Source: Thermoanaerobaculia bacterium
GTDB taxonomy: Bacteria > Acidobacteriota > Thermoanaerobaculia > Multivoradales > JAGPDF01
Direction: 5' to 3'
NCBI GenBank assembly: GCA_963788175.1
Contig: CAWBFZ010000006.1
Location: forward strand, 55,221 to 119,220
Length of the DNA stretch: 64,000 nucleotides
The translations under genes were made by a program, and so were the position numbers. Position 1 is the stretch's first letter, and every line of letters starts with the position of its first letter. Under the pieces are notes generated by a model. It ran no database searches. It saw only the letters and a list, made by a program, of their open reading frames with translations, and had not been told where the DNA came from. Below, one piece after another: positions 52,897 through 62,568 of the stretch.

Positions 52897-53391
52897 CTAC
52901 GGCAGCGTCTGCTTCAGGACCTCTTGCCGGCGGGCTTCCCGCCAGGCGGCGAGGCGTGCGAGGAGCTCCGGATCGGAGAGCGCCAGGATCTCGGCCGCGA
53001 ACAGCGCGGCGTTGGCGGCCCCGGCCTTGCCGATGGCGAAGGTCGCCACCGGAATTCCCTTGGGCATCTGGACCATCGCGAGCAGGGCGTCGAGCCCCTG
53101 GAGGGCCGAAGAGTCGATCGGCACCGCGAGCACCGGCAGGAGGGTCTTCGCGGCCAGCACGCCCGCCAGGTGGGCCGCGCCGCCGGCGCCGGCGATGAGC
53201 GCCCGGATGCCGCGCGCCGCGGCCGAGGCCGCATAGTCGAGCGCTTCGTCCGGCGTGCGATGCGCCGAGAGCACCCTGGCCTCGCAGGGGATGCCCAACT
53301 CCTGGCAGATCTTCACCGCCTCGGACATCACTTCGTAGTCGTTCTTGCTGCCCATCAGGATCGCGACCAGCGGGCGCTCGCTCCAGCTCAT
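52897..53391 (-). CDS. purE: N5-carboxyaminoimidazole ribonucleotide mutase
   Basis: ILMGSKND, SAHRTP, AGAGGAAHLAG, VQMPKGIPV. Confidence 0.96.
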   Translation of the reverse strand: MSWSERPLVAILMGSKNDYEVMSEAVKICQELGIPCEARVLSAHRTPDEALDYAASAAARGIRALIAGAGGAAHLAGVLAAKTLLPVLAVPIDSSALQGLDALLAMVQMPKGIPVATFAIGKAGAANAALFAAEILALSDPELLARLAAWREARRQEVLKQTLP

Positions 53392-53431
53392 CTCGGACTC
53401 TCCGTGGCTACCGGGGGTGGGAGGGCTGCGT

Positions 53432-54985
53432 TCACTCTTTGCGCCGCGAGCCGGAGGGGCGCTCTTTCCGGGCTGCCGGCGCGGCCTTCCCGGCGGTCTC
53501 GGGCTTCTCGCGCTTCTCGAGATCGACCGGTGGGGCTTCGAGCTGTTCGATGAGGCGCTCCATGCGAATACCGCGCGACCCCTTCACGAGCAGGAGGTCG
53601 CCGGCGTGCACGATCTTCAGGAGCGCCGCTGCCGCGGCCGTAGAATCCGCGAACCACTGGTTCGGGGTCTTGAGCGCGGCGGGCGATCCGGCACTGGCGG
53701 CCAGGGCGCTCGCGATCTCGGCGCCGACGAAGATCAGCTGGTCCGCGCCCGACTGATCCGCTGCCTCGATCATGGCCAGATGCTCCGCCGCCGAGACCTC
53801 GCCGAGCTCCAGCATGTCGCCGAGGGCGACGACCAGGCGAGCGCCGCGGCGCTCCGCCAGTTCGCGCGCCGCGACGAGGGCGGCGCGCACCGAGCGTGGA
53901 TTCGAGTTGTAGGTGTCGTCGAGGACGTGGACGCCACCGGATTCGAGCGGACGCAACCGTCCGGGAACGGGTTCGACCGCGGCGATCGCCGAGGTCATGC
54001 GCGAAATCTCCTCGGGCGAAGCCGAACGGTCGAGCAGGGCGAGCGCTCCGGCAAGGGCGGCCGCGATGTTCATTCCAGCGGTGTCGCCGAGCAGGTTCGT
54101 GGGGATGCGGATCTCGCGCGGCGACCCGCCGAGCGCCGCGAACGAGCGCCCGCGCGCGCGCAGGATGACCGTTGCCGCCCCGTTCGCGTCGACCGTGCGC
54201 CCGGCGACGACGAGATCGCAGCTCGCCGACCTGCCGAAGGTGAGCTGTTTGGCTCCGGCGCGCGCCAGGCGGGCGCGCAAGAGCGGCTCGTCGCCGTTGG
54301 CGACCGCCACCCGCCTTGCTGCGAGCAGGAGAGCCGCCTCTTCGTCGGCGATCGCCGCCAGCGAGCCGAGCTTCTCGGAGTGCTCCAGGTCGACGTTGAC
54401 GACCACGGCGACGGTGGGGCGCGCGACGCGGCCCAGTTTGGCGATCTCCCCCGGCAGGCTGGTGCCGCATTCGAGCACGATCGCCCGATGCTCCGGCGTG
54501 AGGGTGAAGAGCGTCATCGGGACGCCGACCCGGTTGTTGAGGTTGCCCGCGGTGACGAGGGTCTGTCCGAAGAGCGCCCGCACCGCCGCCGCAGCGAGCG
54601 TCTTGGTCGTGGTCTTGCCGGCCGCGCCGCCGATGGCGAGGACGGGCAGCGGCCGGCTGCGGGTCTCGCGATCGACGAAGTGCCGGGCCAGATCGCCGAG
54701 CGCGACCAGCGTGTCGGGAACTTCGATGCGCGGACCGCTCGCGCCGCGACCGCTCGCGACGAGGTTCACCGCGCCGCGTGCCGTGGCCTCGCCGGTGAAG
54801 CGGTGGGCGTCGTGAACTTCGCCGACGATGGCCACGAAGAGACCGCCGGCCGGGACGCTGCGCGAGTCCGTGCAAACCTCGACGAGCGCCCGCGCCGGCT
54901 CGAGCTCGCACAGCGTCCCACCCGTCGCCGCCGCGATCTCGCCGGCGGTGAACGAAGCGGAGTTGCGCGGGATCGGTGTCGCCAA
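53432..54985 (-). CDS. murF: UDP-MurNAc-tripeptide--D-Ala-D-Ala ligase
   Basis: TDSR, GAAGKTTTK, GNLNNRVGVP, DDTYNSNPRS, LGDMLELG, LVKGSRG. Confidence 0.9.
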   Translation of the reverse strand: MATPIPRNSASFTAGEIAAATGGTLCELEPARALVEVCTDSRSVPAGGLFVAIVGEVHDAHRFTGEATARGAVNLVASGRGASGPRIEVPDTLVALGDLARHFVDRETRSRPLPVLAIGGAAGKTTTKTLAAAAVRALFGQTLVTAGNLNNRVGVPMTLFTLTPEHRAIVLECGTSLPGEIAKLGRVARPTVAVVVNVDLEHSEKLGSLAAIADEEAALLLAARRVAVANGDEPLLRARLARAGAKQLTFGRSASCDLVVAGRTVDANGAATVILRARGRSFAALGGSPREIRIPTNLLGDTAGMNIAAALAGALALLDRSASPEEISRMTSAIAAVEPVPGRLRPLESGGVHVLDDTYNSNPRSVRAALVAARELAERRGARLVVALGDMLELGEVSAAEHLAMIEAADQSGADQLIFVGAEIASALAASAGSPAALKTPNQWFADSTAAAAALLKIVHAGDLLLVKGSRGIRMERLIEQLEAPPVDLEKREKPETAGKAAPAARKERPSGSRRKE

Positions 54986-56431
54986 CTACTCGCCGCCGGC
55001 GGAGTAGCCGCGTTCACCGTCGAAGGTGAACAGTCCTTCGGTCTTGATGAAGTCGAGTCCGGCGGCAGCGCAGCGTGCGAGCAACGCCGCCACCTGGTTG
55101 TGGGAAACGGCGCTATGACCATCGGGAGCCAGGAACCGGCAACACCAGTGATCGGTGCAGAAGGTCTCGGGCGAGCCCCCGGGCCAGACCTTGGTACCGC
55201 GGTTGGAGATCGCCTTGAGCTCGAGACCGTCACCGCCGAGCGGGCCCACCAGCCGGGCGAGCGCGTCGCCGCCCGCGCCGGTCCAATCGAGAAACAGATC
55301 GACGCCGACCATCGCCTTGGTGGCGCGCTTGCGCGCTTCGGCACCCTGGGCGGCCTGCGCCGGAGCGTTGACGTAGCGGGCCGGCTTGAGCACCGAGGGC
55401 TCCTGCCCGACTCTCGCGATGACCGCCTCGCCGAACTCGCGCGTACCGACCTTCTGCTTCGAAATTCCTTCCGAGTAGATGTCGTAGGTGTGAACGCCGT
55501 CCTCGATGGTCTTCAGCCAGGCATTGTGCACGCGCTCGGCGATCTCCGCCTGGCCGATGTGGACGAGCATGAGAATCGCGCCGTGCAGGAGGCCCGACGG
55601 GTTCGCCAGGTTCTGCCCGGCGCGCCGCGGCGCCGAGCCGTGGATGGCCTCGAACATCGCCACGTGCTCGCCGATGTTCGCCGAACCCGCGAGCCCGACA
55701 GAGCCGGCGATCTGCGCCGCGACGTCGGAGAGAATGTCGCCGTAGAGGTTCGGCATCACGATGACGTCGAAAGCGGTCGGCGTGTCGGCGAGCTTGGCGG
55801 CGCCGATGTCGACGATCCAGGCTTCCTTCTCGATGTCGGGATATTCGGCGCCGATCACATCGAAGACCTCGTGGAAGATGCCGTCGGTCATCTTCATGAT
55901 GTTGTCCTTCATGAAGCAGGTGACCTTCTTGCGCTTGTTGCGCCGCGCGTACTCGAAGGCGTACCGGACGATCTTCTCGGAACCCGGGCGGCTGATGAGC
56001 TTGAGGCACTGGAAGACCTGGTCGGTCTGGCGGTGCTCGATGCCGGCGTAGGTGTCCTCCTCGTTCTCGCGCACGATGACGACGTCCATGCCGGGATGGC
56101 GCGTGCGCACGAAAGGATGCAGCGACATGCACGGCCGGATGTTGGCGTACTGGCCGAACGTCTTGCGGACCGTGACGTTCATGCTCTTGAAGCCGCCCCC
56201 CTGGGGAGTGGTGATCGGCGCCTTGAGGAAGACGTTGGTGCGGCGGAGGGAGTCCCAGGCCGACGGTTCGATGCCGGACATGTGTCCGCGCTTGTAGACC
56301 GCTTCGCCGATCTCGATGGTCTCGATCTCGATCTGGGCGCCGGCCGCCTGGATGATGGCCAACGTCGCCTGCATGATCTCGGGGCCGATGCCGTCGCCAT
56401 GCGCCACCGTGATGGGAGTCTTGGAAGTCAT
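54986..56431 (-). CDS. icd: NADP-dependent isocitrate dehydrogenase
   Basis: GDGIGPEI, KAPITTPQGGGFKSMNV, KDNIMKMTDG, NLYGDILSD, EAIHGSAP, ISNRG C-terminal domain. Confidence 0.93.
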   Translation of the reverse strand: MTSKTPITVAHGDGIGPEIMQATLAIIQAAGAQIEIETIEIGEAVYKRGHMSGIEPSAWDSLRRTNVFLKAPITTPQGGGFKSMNVTVRKTFGQYANIRPCMSLHPFVRTRHPGMDVVIVRENEEDTYAGIEHRQTDQVFQCLKLISRPGSEKIVRYAFEYARRNKRKKVTCFMKDNIMKMTDGIFHEVFDVIGAEYPDIEKEAWIVDIGAAKLADTPTAFDVIVMPNLYGDILSDVAAQIAGSVGLAGSANIGEHVAMFEAIHGSAPRRAGQNLANPSGLLHGAILMLVHIGQAEIAERVHNAWLKTIEDGVHTYDIYSEGISKQKVGTREFGEAVIARVGQEPSVLKPARYVNAPAQAAQGAEARKRATKAMVGVDLFLDWTGAGGDALARLVGPLGGDGLELKAISNRGTKVWPGGSPETFCTDHWCCRFLAPDGHSAVSHNQVAALLARCAAAGLDFIKTEGLFTFDGERGYSAGGE

Positions 56432-56525
56432 TTGGGGGAGCCCTCTCTGATTTGCCGGAGGCCGGCGGTAGTCGTCAGTCTATCGGACGGCGCCCTGGGA
56501 GGCGGACGCCGGGTCTTTTGCACCT

Positions 56526-57314
56526 TTAACTCGTGGTGTCGGTTGCCGAAGGAAGCCCGAGCGCCGAAACCCTCGGCGGACAGGAATCGCTCTCGCCGGC
56601 AGCGCCGCCGTGACGGCCTGGATGGCCGGCCGGGGCGGTGAGCGCGCTGAAAGCGAGCCAGATTCCGAGCCCGACGTAGATCGCCGCGGCACTCCGCCGG
56701 AGGATCGTCGAGCGCGCCAGATCCCGCAGACGCGCGGCGGCGAGGCCGGCGGCGAACAGGGCGGGGAGCGTCCCGGCGCCGAAGGCGAGCATGACGAGCG
56801 CCCCCTCGGCCGGGCCGCCGGCGAGGCTCGCCATGGCCAGCATCGAGTAGACCAGCCCACAGGGCAGGAAACCCCAGACCAGCCCAAGGGCCAGCGCGTG
56901 CCCGCGGCTGCGCGCCCGCAGGAGTCTGCGGCTCAAGGGCTCGATCCGCCGCCAGAGCCGCGCTCCCAGGCGCTCGATCGGCTGCAGGAACTGCGGCCGC
57001 CCGGCGAGATAGAGGCCGAGCCCGACGAGGAAGAGCGCCGCCAGGAGACGTCCGCCCCGCCGCGCGACCTCCGGCGGCAGGACACCGCCCAGCGCCGCGC
57101 CGAGCGTCCCCGCGAGGGCGCCGAGCGCCGCATAGGTGAGGATCCGCCCCGCGTTATAGGCCAGGAGTCCCGGGAGCCGTCGCCCGCCGTTGCCCGGGCT
57201 CTCGGCGCCGCCGCCGAGCGAGAACGCTCCGACGATGCCGCCGCACATGCCGAAACAGTGTCCGGACGAGAGCAGGCCCGCGACGAAGGCGCTGCCGGCC
57301 GCGACCGTGTTCAT
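56526..57314 (-). CDS. TauE/SafE (DsbD_2)-type membrane protein of cbb3 assembly clusters
   Basis: SSGHCFGMCGG, YNAGRILTY, WGFLPCGLVY, FGAGTLP. Confidence 0.85.
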   Translation of the reverse strand: MNTVAAGSAFVAGLLSSGHCFGMCGGIVGAFSLGGGAESPGNGGRRLPGLLAYNAGRILTYAALGALAGTLGAALGGVLPPEVARRGGRLLAALFLVGLGLYLAGRPQFLQPIERLGARLWRRIEPLSRRLLRARSRGHALALGLVWGFLPCGLVYSMLAMASLAGGPAEGALVMLAFGAGTLPALFAAGLAAARLRDLARSTILRRSAAAIYVGLGIWLAFSALTAPAGHPGRHGGAAGESDSCPPRVSALGLPSATDTTS

Positions 57315-57832
57315 TGAGCCGGCCCCAGGCTGGTGACGCTGTCGGCAGGACGCCGCAGGGCGCCCACGATGCGCCAGTCCTGGGCTTCGAGCTGCAGGTA
57401 GTACTTGCCGGGAGCGAGCGCCGGCAAGGCGGCGCGATAGGCGCCGGCCGCGGTGCGCTCGAGGTCGACCCGGGCGTCGGCACCGCCGTGGGTCGAGTGC
57501 AGAAAGGAGAGCTGGAGCGTCGCCGGCAGGGCCGCGACGTCGAGCGCCGTGACGGTGACTTCGAGCGCGATCGCAGGGTGCCCATCGGCGCTCGCCGCCG
57601 GCGTCAGGTTCGCCAGCGCGGTGAGGCCCCGGCGGGAGGCGGCGACGTCGCGCTCGATCGTGACGTTGATCGCCTTGCCGCGGGCGTAGTAGTCGTCGAC
57701 TACGACGCCGTCGAAGACCTGGAAGGCGAGGACGACCGTCGAGATCCCGGCGACCACCGCCGAGGCCGGGAGAGCGATCATCATCCAGACCAGTGGATGG
57801 CGGTACCAGGCGTTGCTGCCGGTGGCGGTCAT
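57311..57832 (-). CDS. fixH: FixH/CcoH family protein
   Basis: WYRHPLVWMMIALP, VVVDDYYARGKAIN; lies after ccoG. Confidence 0.85.
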   Translation of the reverse strand: MTATGSNAWYRHPLVWMMIALPASAVVAGISTVVLAFQVFDGVVVDDYYARGKAINVTIERDVAASRRGLTALANLTPAASADGHPAIALEVTVTALDVAALPATLQLSFLHSTHGGADARVDLERTAAGAYRAALPALAPGKYYLQLEAQDWRIVGALRRPADSVTSLGPAQ

Positions 57833-59283
57833 CGATCTTCCTTGTGCTCCCCGCTGCCGGACTTCCCGTCGTCGTCGTCGTCGGTCTCTGCCTGCCGCGG
57901 GCCGAGAAAGCGCGCCGATTCGCGCACGTGGATGCGAGCGTCGTCGGCGGCGACCAGCTCGAGCTCGATCGCGTTCGAATGCTCGTGGAGATCCTCCAGG
58001 GCGACCCGCAGACGCACCGGTACGTCGCGGACCTGCCCCGCGCCAACGTCGAGATCGCCGGCCTCGTAGTCCACCGTGATCCCCGGCAGCCCCGAGGCGC
58101 GCAGCAGGTAGGTGCGCGCCTGCTCTTCCATGTTCAGCACCTTGAGCCGATAGACGTTTTCGATCCGGCCGTCGCGCGCTTCGCGGTAGGGCGCGTTGCG
58201 GTCGCGCAGCACGTCGAAGGCGACCGGCACGCGGCGCGCCAGCGAGACCGCGACCGCCGCGATGATGCCCACCATCAGCAACGAGTAGGCGGCGACCCGG
58301 GGGCGCAGGATCTTCGTCTTCAGGTTCTCCATGGCGTTGAGGGTGGTGTAGCGCACCAGGCCGCGCGGCGAGCCGACTTTGTCCATGACCTCGTCGCAGG
58401 CGTCGATGCAGGCGGTGCAGGCGATGCACTGGTACTGCAGGCCGTTGCGGATGTCGATGCCGGTCGGACAGGCCTGGACGCAGAGGGTGCAGTCGACGCA
58501 GTCGCCGAGCGGCTTGTCGCCCTGGCGGCCCTCGCGCGCCGACTCCTTGCCGCGCGCGCCGCGCGGCTCGCCGCGAGCGGGGTCGTAGGAGACGATCAGG
58601 GTGTTGCGGTCGAACATCGCGCTCTGGAAGCGCGCGTACGGGCACATGTAGATGCAGACCTGCTCGCGCATCTTGCCGGCGAAGAGGAGGATCGCGACCA
58701 CGATGAAACCGAGGAAGAAGGTCTCCCACGGGCCCAGGGCGCCGGCAAGGATGCGACTCCCGAGCTCGCGTATGGGGGTGAACGAGCCGAGCGTCGAGAA
58801 GGCGGTGAAGAGGGCGAAAACGAGCCACAGGGACCACTTGATGGCGAGCTTCATGTTGCGCGGCAGCGAAAAGCCGTTCTTGCGCAGCCGGATCTGGCTG
58901 GCGCGGTCGCCTTCGACCCAGCGCTCGATCCAGACCAGCACCTGGGTGAAGACGGTTTGCGGGCAGGCGTAGCCGCACCAGACGCGGCCGGCGAGCGCGG
59001 TGAAGAGGAACAGGGCGAGCGCCGCCACCACCAGCACGGCGGTGAGGTAGATCAGGTCCTGCGGCCAGAAGACGAGACCGAAGAAATAGAACTTGCGCGC
59101 CGGCAGGTCGTGAAGAAAGGCCGGCCGGCCCCCCCATCGCAGCCAGGGGAGACCGTAGAGGAGGCCCAGGGTGAGGAAGAGCGCCGCGATGCGCAGCCGC
59201 GCGAAGCGGCCGTGGACGATCCGCGGATGAACCTTCTGGTGAACCGAGAAGAACGAATTGCCCGCTGTGCTGCCCGTGGTCAT
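57829..59283 (-). CDS. ccoG: cbb3 oxidase accessory FeS protein CcoG/FixG
   Basis: WCGYACPQTV, CIYMCPYARFQ, CVDCTLCVQACP, CIACTACIDAC. Confidence 0.93.
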   Translation of the reverse strand: MTTGSTAGNSFFSVHQKVHPRIVHGRFARLRIAALFLTLGLLYGLPWLRWGGRPAFLHDLPARKFYFFGLVFWPQDLIYLTAVLVVAALALFLFTALAGRVWCGYACPQTVFTQVLVWIERWVEGDRASQIRLRKNGFSLPRNMKLAIKWSLWLVFALFTAFSTLGSFTPIRELGSRILAGALGPWETFFLGFIVVAILLFAGKMREQVCIYMCPYARFQSAMFDRNTLIVSYDPARGEPRGARGKESAREGRQGDKPLGDCVDCTLCVQACPTGIDIRNGLQYQCIACTACIDACDEVMDKVGSPRGLVRYTTLNAMENLKTKILRPRVAAYSLLMVGIIAAVAVSLARRVPVAFDVLRDRNAPYREARDGRIENVYRLKVLNMEEQARTYLLRASGLPGITVDYEAGDLDVGAGQVRDVPVRLRVALEDLHEHSNAIELELVAADDARIHVRESARFLGPRQAETDDDDDGKSGSGEHKEDR

Positions 59284-60179
59284 GATCCTTTCGAAAGGCC
59301 GTAGACGTAGGCCGCGAGCAAGCGGACCTTCGCCGGACCGAGGAACTCGCCGTGCGCCGGCATCATCCCCTTGCGACCGGCGCTGACGGTCTGGGTGATG
59401 ATGGCTTCGGAGCCGCCGTACTGCCAGATGTCGTTGGTGAGGTCGGGGGCGCCGACCGCGGGATTGCCCTTGCCGGAGATGCGGTGGCAGGAGAAGCAGA
59501 GCATCTCGAACTTCTGCTTGCCGGCCTCGACGAGCTCGGGATGACTCTGGCGGTTGGTGAACGAGAGGACGTACTGCACGACCTCCCGCACGCCCTCCTT
59601 GCCGAGCGCCGGCTCCCAGGCCGCCATGTTGGCCTGCCGTCCGCCGGTGATCGTCGTCTCGATCGCTTCCGGGGTGCCGCCCCACTTCCATTCCTCGTCG
59701 CGGAGGTTCGGATAGCCGGGGGCGCCGCCGGCGTCGGAGCCGTGGCAGGTGGTGCAGTAGTTGAGGAACAGGCGCTTGCCGATCTTCTGCGCTTCCGGAT
59801 CCCGGGCGAGCGTCTCGACGTCCATCGCGCCGTAGCGGACGTAGATCGGCCCGTAGGTGGCGTCGGCGGCGGCGACCTCGGCGCGGTACTGGTCCTCCTG
59901 CGACCAGCTCTGGGTGCCGTTCCAGAAGCCGAGCCCCGGAAAGAGCACCAGATAGACCACCGCGAAGGCGATCGTGCCGTGGAAGAGCCAGCGCCACCAG
60001 CCGGGGAGCGGGTTGTTGAGCTCGCGCAGGTCCTCGTCCCAGACGTGGCCGGTGGTCTTCGCCTCGTCCGGCCGCCTGCCGCGGGTGACCGCGATCAGGA
60101 AGACGAAGCAGGCGAGGAGCGAGAGGATCGAGGCGATGCCGATGAACCACGGCCAGAAGCTGCTGGTGAATTCGCTCAT
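59280..60179 (-). CDS. ccoP: cbb3 oxidase subunit III
   Basis: GHVWDEDLRELNNPLP, two CXXCH (CTTCH, CFSCH). Confidence 0.95.
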   Translation of the reverse strand: MSEFTSSFWPWFIGIASILSLLACFVFLIAVTRGRRPDEAKTTGHVWDEDLRELNNPLPGWWRWLFHGTIAFAVVYLVLFPGLGFWNGTQSWSQEDQYRAEVAAADATYGPIYVRYGAMDVETLARDPEAQKIGKRLFLNYCTTCHGSDAGGAPGYPNLRDEEWKWGGTPEAIETTITGGRQANMAAWEPALGKEGVREVVQYVLSFTNRQSHPELVEAGKQKFEMLCFSCHRISGKGNPAVGAPDLTNDIWQYGGSEAIITQTVSAGRKGMMPAHGEFLGPAKVRLLAAYVYGLSKGS

Positions 60180-60361
60180 TTCGCGCTCCTCGCTGGCCCA
60201 CCGGCCGGAAGATCCTCTTCGAACGGAATGCGCTCGGCCTCGGTGAACTCGGCCTTGGCGCGCCGGCTCCAGGCCCAGGCGACGATGGCGATGAATCCGG
60301 CTGCCGCAGCCAGGGTGAAAATGTTCTGCATCAGGACGGGGTCCACGCTCACCTCGGTCAC
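60176..60361 (-). CDS. ccoQ: cbb3 oxidase subunit IV
   Basis: Short TM protein [10 protein letters not shown]...EAERIPF between ccoO and ccoP. Confidence 0.82.
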   Translation of the reverse strand: MTEVSVDPVLMQNIFTLAAAAGFIAIVAWAWSRRAKAEFTEAERIPFEEDLPAGGPARSAK

Positions 60362-60987
60362 CTCCGGGCCTTGACAGCGGTGCCCAGGTTCTGCAGATAG
60401 GAGATCAGGGCGTCGAGCTCGGTCTTGCCTTCGAGGTCAGCCGGCGCCGCGGCGATCTGTTCGTCGGTGTAGGGCGATCCGAGCTTGCGCAGGGTGCGCA
60501 TCTTCGCCTGGATGAACGCCGCATCGGAGCCCCCCGCCGGAGCCTTGGCGAGCCAGGGGAAGCCGGGCATGATCGACTCCGGCACCAGATCGCGCGGGTT
60601 GTTCAGGTGGTCGCGATGCCACTCGTCCGAGTAGCGTCCGCCGACCCGCGCGAGGTCGGGGCCGACCCGGCGCGAGCCGAACAGGAACGGCCGGTCGTAG
60701 ACGAACTCGCCGGCTACCGAATAGTGCCCGTAGCGCTCGGTCTCGGCGCGGAACGGCCGCACGAGCTGCGAGTGGCAGACGCCGCAGCCTTCGCGGATGT
60801 AGATGTCGCGGCCGGTCAAGTCGAGCGCCGAGTAGGGCGCGAGGCCTTCGACCGGCACGGTGGTCGATTTCATGTACCAGAGCGGGACGATCTGGACGAG
60901 GCCGCCGACGCTGATCGCGAGCAGGATCCCGACGATCAGCAGGGCGACGTTCTTTTCGATCTTCTCGTGCGGATAGGGCTGGGTCAT
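60358..60987 (-). CDS. ccoO: cbb3 oxidase subunit II
   Basis: [28 protein letters not shown]. Confidence 0.95.
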   Translation of the reverse strand: MTQPYPHEKIEKNVALLIVGILLAISVGGLVQIVPLWYMKSTTVPVEGLAPYSALDLTGRDIYIREGCGVCHSQLVRPFRAETERYGHYSVAGEFVYDRPFLFGSRRVGPDLARVGGRYSDEWHRDHLNNPRDLVPESIMPGFPWLAKAPAGGSDAAFIQAKMRTLRKLGSPYTDEQIAAAPADLEGKTELDALISYLQNLGTAVKARR

Positions 60988-61015
60988 GGCGCTCTCCGAT
61001 TACCTCAGTGGGGGC

Positions 61016-62440
61016 TCAGTGGGCCAAACCCGGAATGGGCATGTCGACGGTGCGGGCGCCACGCGTCGTCCGCACGAGGTTGTAGACCATGATCAGCATG
61101 CCGGTGAAATAGAGGACTCCGCCGAGGAAGCGCACCAGGTAATAGGGGTGCATCGCCTGCACGGTCTCGACGAAGCTGTAAGTGAGGTTCCCTTCCGCGT
61201 TCACCGCCCGCCACATGAGGCCCTGCATGACGCCGCCGGCCCACATCGAGGTGATGTAGAGGACGATGCCGACGGTGGCGATCCAGAAATGGAGCTCGGC
61301 GAGCTTGTTGCTGTAGAGCTCGCGGCCGAAGAGCTTCGGGATCAGGAAGTAGAGCGCCCCGATCGACACGAAACCGACCCAGCCGAGCGCGCCGGAGTGG
61401 ACGTGTCCGACCGTCCAGTCGGTGAAGTGCGAGAGGGCGTTCACCGTCTTGATCGACATCATCGGCCCCTCGAAGGTCGACATGCCGTAGAACGACAGCG
61501 AAACGATCAGGAACTTGAGGATCGGATCGGTGCGCAGCCGGTTCCAGGCGCCCGAGAGCGTCATCATGCCGTTGATCATGCCTCCCCAGGAGGGCGCGAG
61601 CAGCACCAGCGAGAAGACCATGCCGAGCGACTGCGCCCAGTCCGGCAGCGCGGAGTAAAGGAGGTGATGCGGACCGGCCCAGATATAGGTGAAGATCAGC
61701 GCCCAGAAGTGCACCACCGACAGGCGGTAGGAGTAGATCGGTTTGCCGACCTGCTTGGGGATGAAGTAATACATGATGCCGAGGAAGCCGGCGGTGAGGA
61801 AGAAGCCGACCGCGTTGTGGCCGTACCACCACTGCACCATGGCGTCCTGGACCCCGGCGTAGGCCGAGTACGACTTGAGCCAGCCGGCCGGCAGCGCCAG
61901 GCTGTTCACGATGTGCAGCATCGCCACCGCCAGGATGAACGACATGAAGAACCAGTTGGCGACGTAGATGTGCTTCACCCGGCGCTTGGCGATGGTGCCG
62001 ATGAAGACGATGGCGTAGGCCACCCAGACGACGGCGATCAGGATGTCGATCGGCCATTCGAGCTCGGCGTACTCCTTGCTCGTGGTGATTCCCAGCGGCA
62101 GCGAGACGGCCGCGGAGAGAATCACCAGCTGCCAGCCCCAGAAGGTGAAGGCGGCGAGCTTGCCGGCGAACAGCCGCACCTGGCAGGTGCGCTGGACGAC
62201 GTAGTACGAGGTCGCGAAGAGCGCACAGCCGCCGAAGGCGAAGATCACCGCGTTGGTGTGCAGCGGACGGAGGCGCCCGAAGCTGATCCACTGCAGGTCG
62301 AAGTTGAGCGCCGGCCAGACCAGCTCGGCGGCGATCCACAGGCCGACGAGCATGCCGACGACCCCCCAGACCACCGACATGACGGCGAACTGGCGCACGA
62401 CTTTGACGTTGTAGGTCTCTTCCACGGACGTCTGAGCCAT
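61016..62440 (-). CDS. ccoN: cbb3 oxidase subunit I
   Basis: [41 protein letters not shown]. Confidence 0.97.
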   Translation of the reverse strand: MAQTSVEETYNVKVVRQFAVMSVVWGVVGMLVGLWIAAELVWPALNFDLQWISFGRLRPLHTNAVIFAFGGCALFATSYYVVQRTCQVRLFAGKLAAFTFWGWQLVILSAAVSLPLGITTSKEYAELEWPIDILIAVVWVAYAIVFIGTIAKRRVKHIYVANWFFMSFILAVAMLHIVNSLALPAGWLKSYSAYAGVQDAMVQWWYGHNAVGFFLTAGFLGIMYYFIPKQVGKPIYSYRLSVVHFWALIFTYIWAGPHHLLYSALPDWAQSLGMVFSLVLLAPSWGGMINGMMTLSGAWNRLRTDPILKFLIVSLSFYGMSTFEGPMMSIKTVNALSHFTDWTVGHVHSGALGWVGFVSIGALYFLIPKLFGRELYSNKLAELHFWIATVGIVLYITSMWAGGVMQGLMWRAVNAEGNLTYSFVETVQAMHPYYLVRFLGGVLYFTGMLIMVYNLVRTTRGARTVDMPIPGLAH

Positions 62441-62568
62441 TCCCTCTCCCTTCACCTGCGGTCGGATGGGCAATTCTCGCTCAAAACTCTAGCGAGGAGT
62501 CGACTTCGAGTGGCTACCCGGACGGGTGGTGACGGAGGCGGCAAGAGGGCGGTCGGCGAGACGGTAGC

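Noticed and set aside
62441-62568. FNR/Anr box upstream of ccoN
   Set aside because: No TTGAT-N4-ATCAA match found on either strand.
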